Assembly: GCA_018400815.1 (NCBI GenBank)
Contig: JAGYLS010000060.1
Coordinates: forward strand, 1-10,746
DNA from: Candidatus Oleincola secundus
GTDB lineage: Bacteria > Atribacterota > Phoenicimicrobiia > Phoenicimicrobiales > Stramentimicrobiaceae
Direction of reading: 5' to 3'
DNA: 10,746 nucleotides
Part shown: positions 8,255 through 10,746 of the stretch, one piece after another
Numbering within the stretch: the stretch's first letter is position 1
How the letters are laid out: each line of letters opens with the position of its first letter
Notes under the pieces: model-generated
What the model was told of the DNA's origin: nothing
What the model saw: only the letters and a program-made list of their open reading frames with translations
Databases searched by the model: none
Made by a program: the position numbers and the translations under genes

Positions 8255-8293
8255 TAATAATAAATATTTTTAAGATAAAAATATTTATTATTA
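8255..8293. repeat. Perfect 18-bp A/T-only inverted repeat with a 3-nt loop
   Basis: TAATAATAAATATTTTTA (8255-8272), AGA, TAAAAATATTTATTATTA (8276-8293). Confidence 0.8.
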
Positions 8294-8317
8294 ATATTTT
8301 ATGAGGCTGTTTATGAG

Positions 8318-8338
8318 AGTGTCCGAATTTCGGACACT
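8318..8338. promoter_or_regulatory. Candidate parS site, copy 2 (intergenic)
   Basis: AGTGTCCGAA-T-TTCGGACACT. Same arms as copy 1 and the same upstream GAGA; only the central base differs. Confidence 0.72.
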
Positions 8339-8427
8339 GCACTCAAAGGCTTATATTTATTGACTTTGCGTAGGAATAATTAAATAAATAAAAAGTCTTT
8401 TTATTAAGGAAAATTACAATTAAAGGC

Positions 8428-9120
8428 ATGGTGCTAATGAACTCTCTTTTTATATTTATTGATGAATCAGGAAATTTTGATTTTTCTCCAACTGGTACGA
8501 AATATTTTGTATTATCTGCAGCAACTACAATAAATCCTTTGGGTAAAGAAATAATAGAAAAAATCAAATATAGTTTAATTAAAGATGGAATAGATATAGA
8601 ATATTTTCACGCTGCTGAAGATAGACAATTTATAAGAGATAAAATTTATAATGTTATTGAAAATTTAAACGATATCGAAATAGACTCGGTTATTGTTCAA
8701 AAAAATAAAGCAAATCCTTCTCTTTATAAGATAGATAAAAAGAAAAAATCAAAGAAGGGTGTAAAAATATATACTTTGGCATTACGTAATTTACTCCAAT
8801 ATATTTTTCGCAGATATGATAATTCATTAAAAATAGAAAAGGTAATTATAGTGTTAAGTTCTATTTTTGATAAAAATAAAAGAGAGTCAATTAAAAAGAC
8901 AATTAAATTATATTTAAATGAAATATTTACAAAGCAATTTTATATCTACTTTCATGAGAATAGATCAGATAAAAATTCACAAATTGCAGATTATTGCTGC
9001 TGGGCTATTTATAGAAAATGGACTGATGACGAAACGAGGCCATATAATGCAGTTAAAAAAGGAAATAAAATAAAAAGTGAATTTGATATTTTCCGAACCG
9101 GACAAATAATTTATTATTAA
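8428..9120 (+). CDS. DUF3800-family protein (predicted RNase H-like fold), about 230 aa
   Basis: N-terminal FIFIDESG, central YFHA and C-terminal SQIADYCCWAI, the D-E-S-G ... Q-x-A-D signature of DUF3800. The true start may be ATG 8437. Confidence 0.85.
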   Translation: MVLMNSLFIFIDESGNFDFSPTGTKYFVLSAATTINPLGKEIIEKIKYSLIKDGIDIEYFHAAEDRQFIRDKIYNVIENLNDIEIDSVIVQKNKANPSLYKIDKKKKSKKGVKIYTLALRNLLQYIFRRYDNSLKIEKVIIVLSSIFDKNKRESIKKTIKLYLNEIFTKQFYIYFHENRSDKNSQIADYCCWAIYRKWTDDETRPYNAVKKGNKIKSEFDIFRTGQIIYY

Positions 9121-9212
9121 GCAAAAATTATATTAGTAAGTATGAGGTAATAAAAAAATAAAATAGTAAACTAAATTTCAATATTTGAATTTATTTTAAA
9201 CTATATTCTTAT

Positions 9213-9286
9213 AAAAAAATGACCACCCTACCTATCTTACGAAGAGACCCCTGGTCTCTTATCAGTAGGGTGGAACCTTTAAATCT
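9213..9286 (-). ncRNA. Candidate structured small RNA (about 75 nt), convergent with the DUF3800 gene; probably a DUF3800-associated RNA motif
   Basis: GC-rich island (30 of 57 bases G/C at 9221-9277) in very AT-rich DNA. Outer stem CCACCCTAC 9223-9231 / GTAGGGTGG 9265-9273; inner stem AAGAGACC 9242-9249 / GGTCTCTT 9253-9260. On the - strand it has a promoter upstream and a U7 tract (9219-9213) downstream. Confidence 0.72.
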
Positions 9287-9292
9287 AATATA

Positions 9293-9321
9293 ATTTTAAA
9301 CAAAATTTATAAAAAAGTCAA
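9293..9321 (-). promoter_or_regulatory. Sigma70-type promoter driving the candidate ncRNA
   Basis: On the - strand: TTGACT (9321-9316), 17-bp spacer, TAAAAT (9298-9293). Predicted +1 near 9286. Confidence 0.68.
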
Positions 9322-9452
9322 TATTTAATTAAATATATAACAATAAGTCCGGTACTAGGGTGCAATAGGTACCAAAACAAAAAGGCCTAAATTATTTAAA
9401 AAGATAGAAACAAGTACTGGACTTTAAAACAAATATTACCGAACTTTTATTT

Positions 9453-9540
9453 AAAAAATAGTGGTGATGGAAGTAAAAAATAGTGGTGATGGAAGTAAAA
9501 AATAGTGGTGATGGAAGTAAAAAATAGTGGTGATGGAAGT
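9453..9540 (+). repeat. Four perfect tandem 22-bp direct repeats; iterons of the replication origin
   Basis: AAAAAATAGTGGTGATGGAAGT at 9453, 9475, 9497 and 9519 with no spacers, 150 bp upstream of the rep gene. A 22-bp period is about two helical turns, typical of iterons. Confidence 0.88.
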
Positions 9541-9602
9541 AAAAAAATATCCAATTTTCCCTTATTTTAAAGGGTTTCCGAATGACTATAATATTTATAA
9601 TA

Positions 9603-9640
9603 TATATAACAACAACAGATCCTTTTGTTGTTGTTATATA
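9603..9640. repeat. 15-bp perfect inverted repeat between iterons and rep (candidate operator or origin element)
   Basis: TATATAACAACAACA (9603-9617), GATCCTTT, TGTTGTTGTTATATA (9626-9640). Confidence 0.8.
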
Positions 9641-9690
9641 ATATTCTAAAAATAATACTGGATAATAAAAAGAAAGAAAAAAGGAACTCA

Positions 9691-10746
9691 ATGAAAGAAT
9701 CTAAAAAAGTCAAAGATAATCAAATAAAAAATTTATTTGTTAAATCCCAGAATAAAGAAATTAATTTTCCCAGGATTATTAATTCTGAAGTTAATTTATT
9801 ATTTTTTCCTTTTTTCGCCCTTTCGACTAAGGGATTAAAAAAGAAAATTGAGACTGAATATAGGGACATAGTTAATAGGGATGGTAAGAGGATAGAAATA
9901 TTATGGAATGTTGCTGCTCACGCTAAATATGGCTATCCAGGTCCTTTTGATCGGGAAGTTCACAAGGCAATTGAAAGAATTATTACCAGTTTCTTAAAGA
10001 AGTATGGTTATATTAAGAATCCAATTTGTTTAGGCTCTTTATATAATATCTGTAATTTAATGAATATTAAAGAATATGGTGGATATCAGTACCGTGAAAT
10101 ACGAAGTGCTTTAGAAAGAATCAAAACAACCGTCATTAAATCAGAAGGATCTTTTTACTATAAAGGGGAAAAGAAGTGGATCTCTAAAGTATTTAGTCTA
10201 TACGATAGTGTTATTTTTAAAGGTGAGCAGTTAACCAATGGACATATAGCGGATAGTAATTTTATCTATCTAAGTGACTTATATATTCAAAGCTTAAATT
10301 CTTTTTATATTAAACCTATTGATTATACTTACCTTCAAAGTCTAAAAAGTAAAATTGCATCAAGGTTATATGAAATATTAGGAATAAAATTTTACGGAAT
10401 AAAAAATAAAAAAGAAGGTTCTATTAGATATAAATATTCCACATTATGTCAACTCTTACCAGTTACATCATTTAAGCAGTTATCTCGGTCAAAACAGCAG
10501 TTAAATCCAGCCCATAAAGAATTAAAAAATACCGGTTTTATTTCAAATTTTAAATGGAGCGAAAACGGCAAACAAGACTGGCTTATTTATTACTGGCCCG
10601 GGGAAAGAGCTAAAAAAGAGATGAAAAACGGGCAGGCAAAGAAGCTTGATTTTAAAGAAAATAATTATTTAACCGGATCAGATAATACCGGTGAAGAAGG
10701 TAATATTAAAGAACAATTTAAATCAGATAATGATAATGATTTACTC
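9691..10746 (+). CDS. Plasmid replication initiator protein (RPA / replication initiator protein A-like), 3'-truncated by the window edge
   Basis: Absent from the ORF track because it has no stop in the window. Manual translation from ATG 9691 (AAGGA RBS at 9681-9685) stays open for 352 codons: MKESKK...SEVNLLFFPFFALS...YGYPGPFDREVHKAI...SLYNICNLMNI...YREIRSALERIKTT...LKSKIASRLYEIL...LNPAHKELKNTGFI. These segments resemble RPA-type winged-helix initiators, and the gene is adjacent to iterons. Confidence 0.85.
   Translation, partial: MKESKKVKDNQIKNLFVKSQNKEINFPRIINSEVNLLFFPFFALSTKGLKKKIETEYRDIVNRDGKRIEILWNVAAHAKYGYPGPFDREVHKAIERIITSFLKKYGYIKNPICLGSLYNICNLMNIKEYGGYQYREIRSALERIKTTVIKSEGSFYYKGEKKWISKVFSLYDSVIFKGEQLTNGHIADSNFIYLSDLYIQSLNSFYIKPIDYTYLQSLKSKIASRLYEILGIKFYGIKNKKEGSIRYKYSTLCQLLPVTSFKQLSRSKQQLNPAHKELKNTGFISNFKWSENGKQDWLIYYWPGERAKKEMKNGQAKKLDFKENNYLTGSDNTGEEGNIKEQFKSDNDNDLL

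Larger units (their letters stand above)
1..10746. mobile_element. Segment of a low-copy iteron plasmid or integrated plasmid-like element carrying defence cargo
   Basis: Rep, iterons, parABS and a tyrosine recombinase co-occur with R-M genes, and there are no housekeeping genes. Element boundaries are not visible in the window. Confidence 0.8.

Noticed and set aside
8360..8390. Promoter for the DUF3800 gene (TTGACT at 8360-8365)
   Set aside because: There is no convincing -10 hexamer at 16-18 bp spacing, so it was not called.
6992..8567. Minus-strand ORFs 6992-7246, 7134-7343 and 8343-8567
   Set aside because: They are antisense to parA/parB and the DUF3800 gene and have shadow-ORF composition.
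9213..9286. tRNA, or merely the intrinsic terminator of the DUF3800 gene
   Set aside because: It has no cloverleaf or T-loop motif. On the + strand there is only a 3-nt T run several bases after the stem, while the U7 tract and a matching promoter are on the - strand. A secondary terminator role is not excluded.
9453..9540. CRISPR array interpretation of the 22-bp repeats
   Set aside because: The repeats are head-to-tail with no unique spacers, there are no cas genes, and the position next to rep fits iterons.
9392..9691. 99-aa minus-strand ORF with FYFHHHYF repeats
   Set aside because: It is a translation of the iteron array and AT-rich origin, with no evidence of real coding.

Overview
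AT-rich window that reads as part of an iteron-type plasmid or plasmid-like mobile element, with all real genes on the + strand. In order: C-terminal part of a tyrosine recombinase; a small membrane protein; a defence cargo block (amino-MTase, CCGG-family/BsaWI-like type II REase, a second compact MTase, an SF2-helicase/Z1-domain protein and a 151-aa unknown partner); a MerR-like HTH gene followed by parA-parB with two copies of a 19-bp palindrome (candidate parS, one inside parB); a 62-aa membrane protein; a DUF3800-like protein facing a convergent, promoter-driven, structured ~75-nt ncRNA candidate; an origin region with four perfect 22-bp repeats; and a replication initiator (RPA-like) running off the right edge, which the ORF track missed. 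The most interesting item is the DUF3800 protein plus ncRNA pair. Family assignments come from motif recognition by eye; no database searches were run, and the host cannot be determined from this window.
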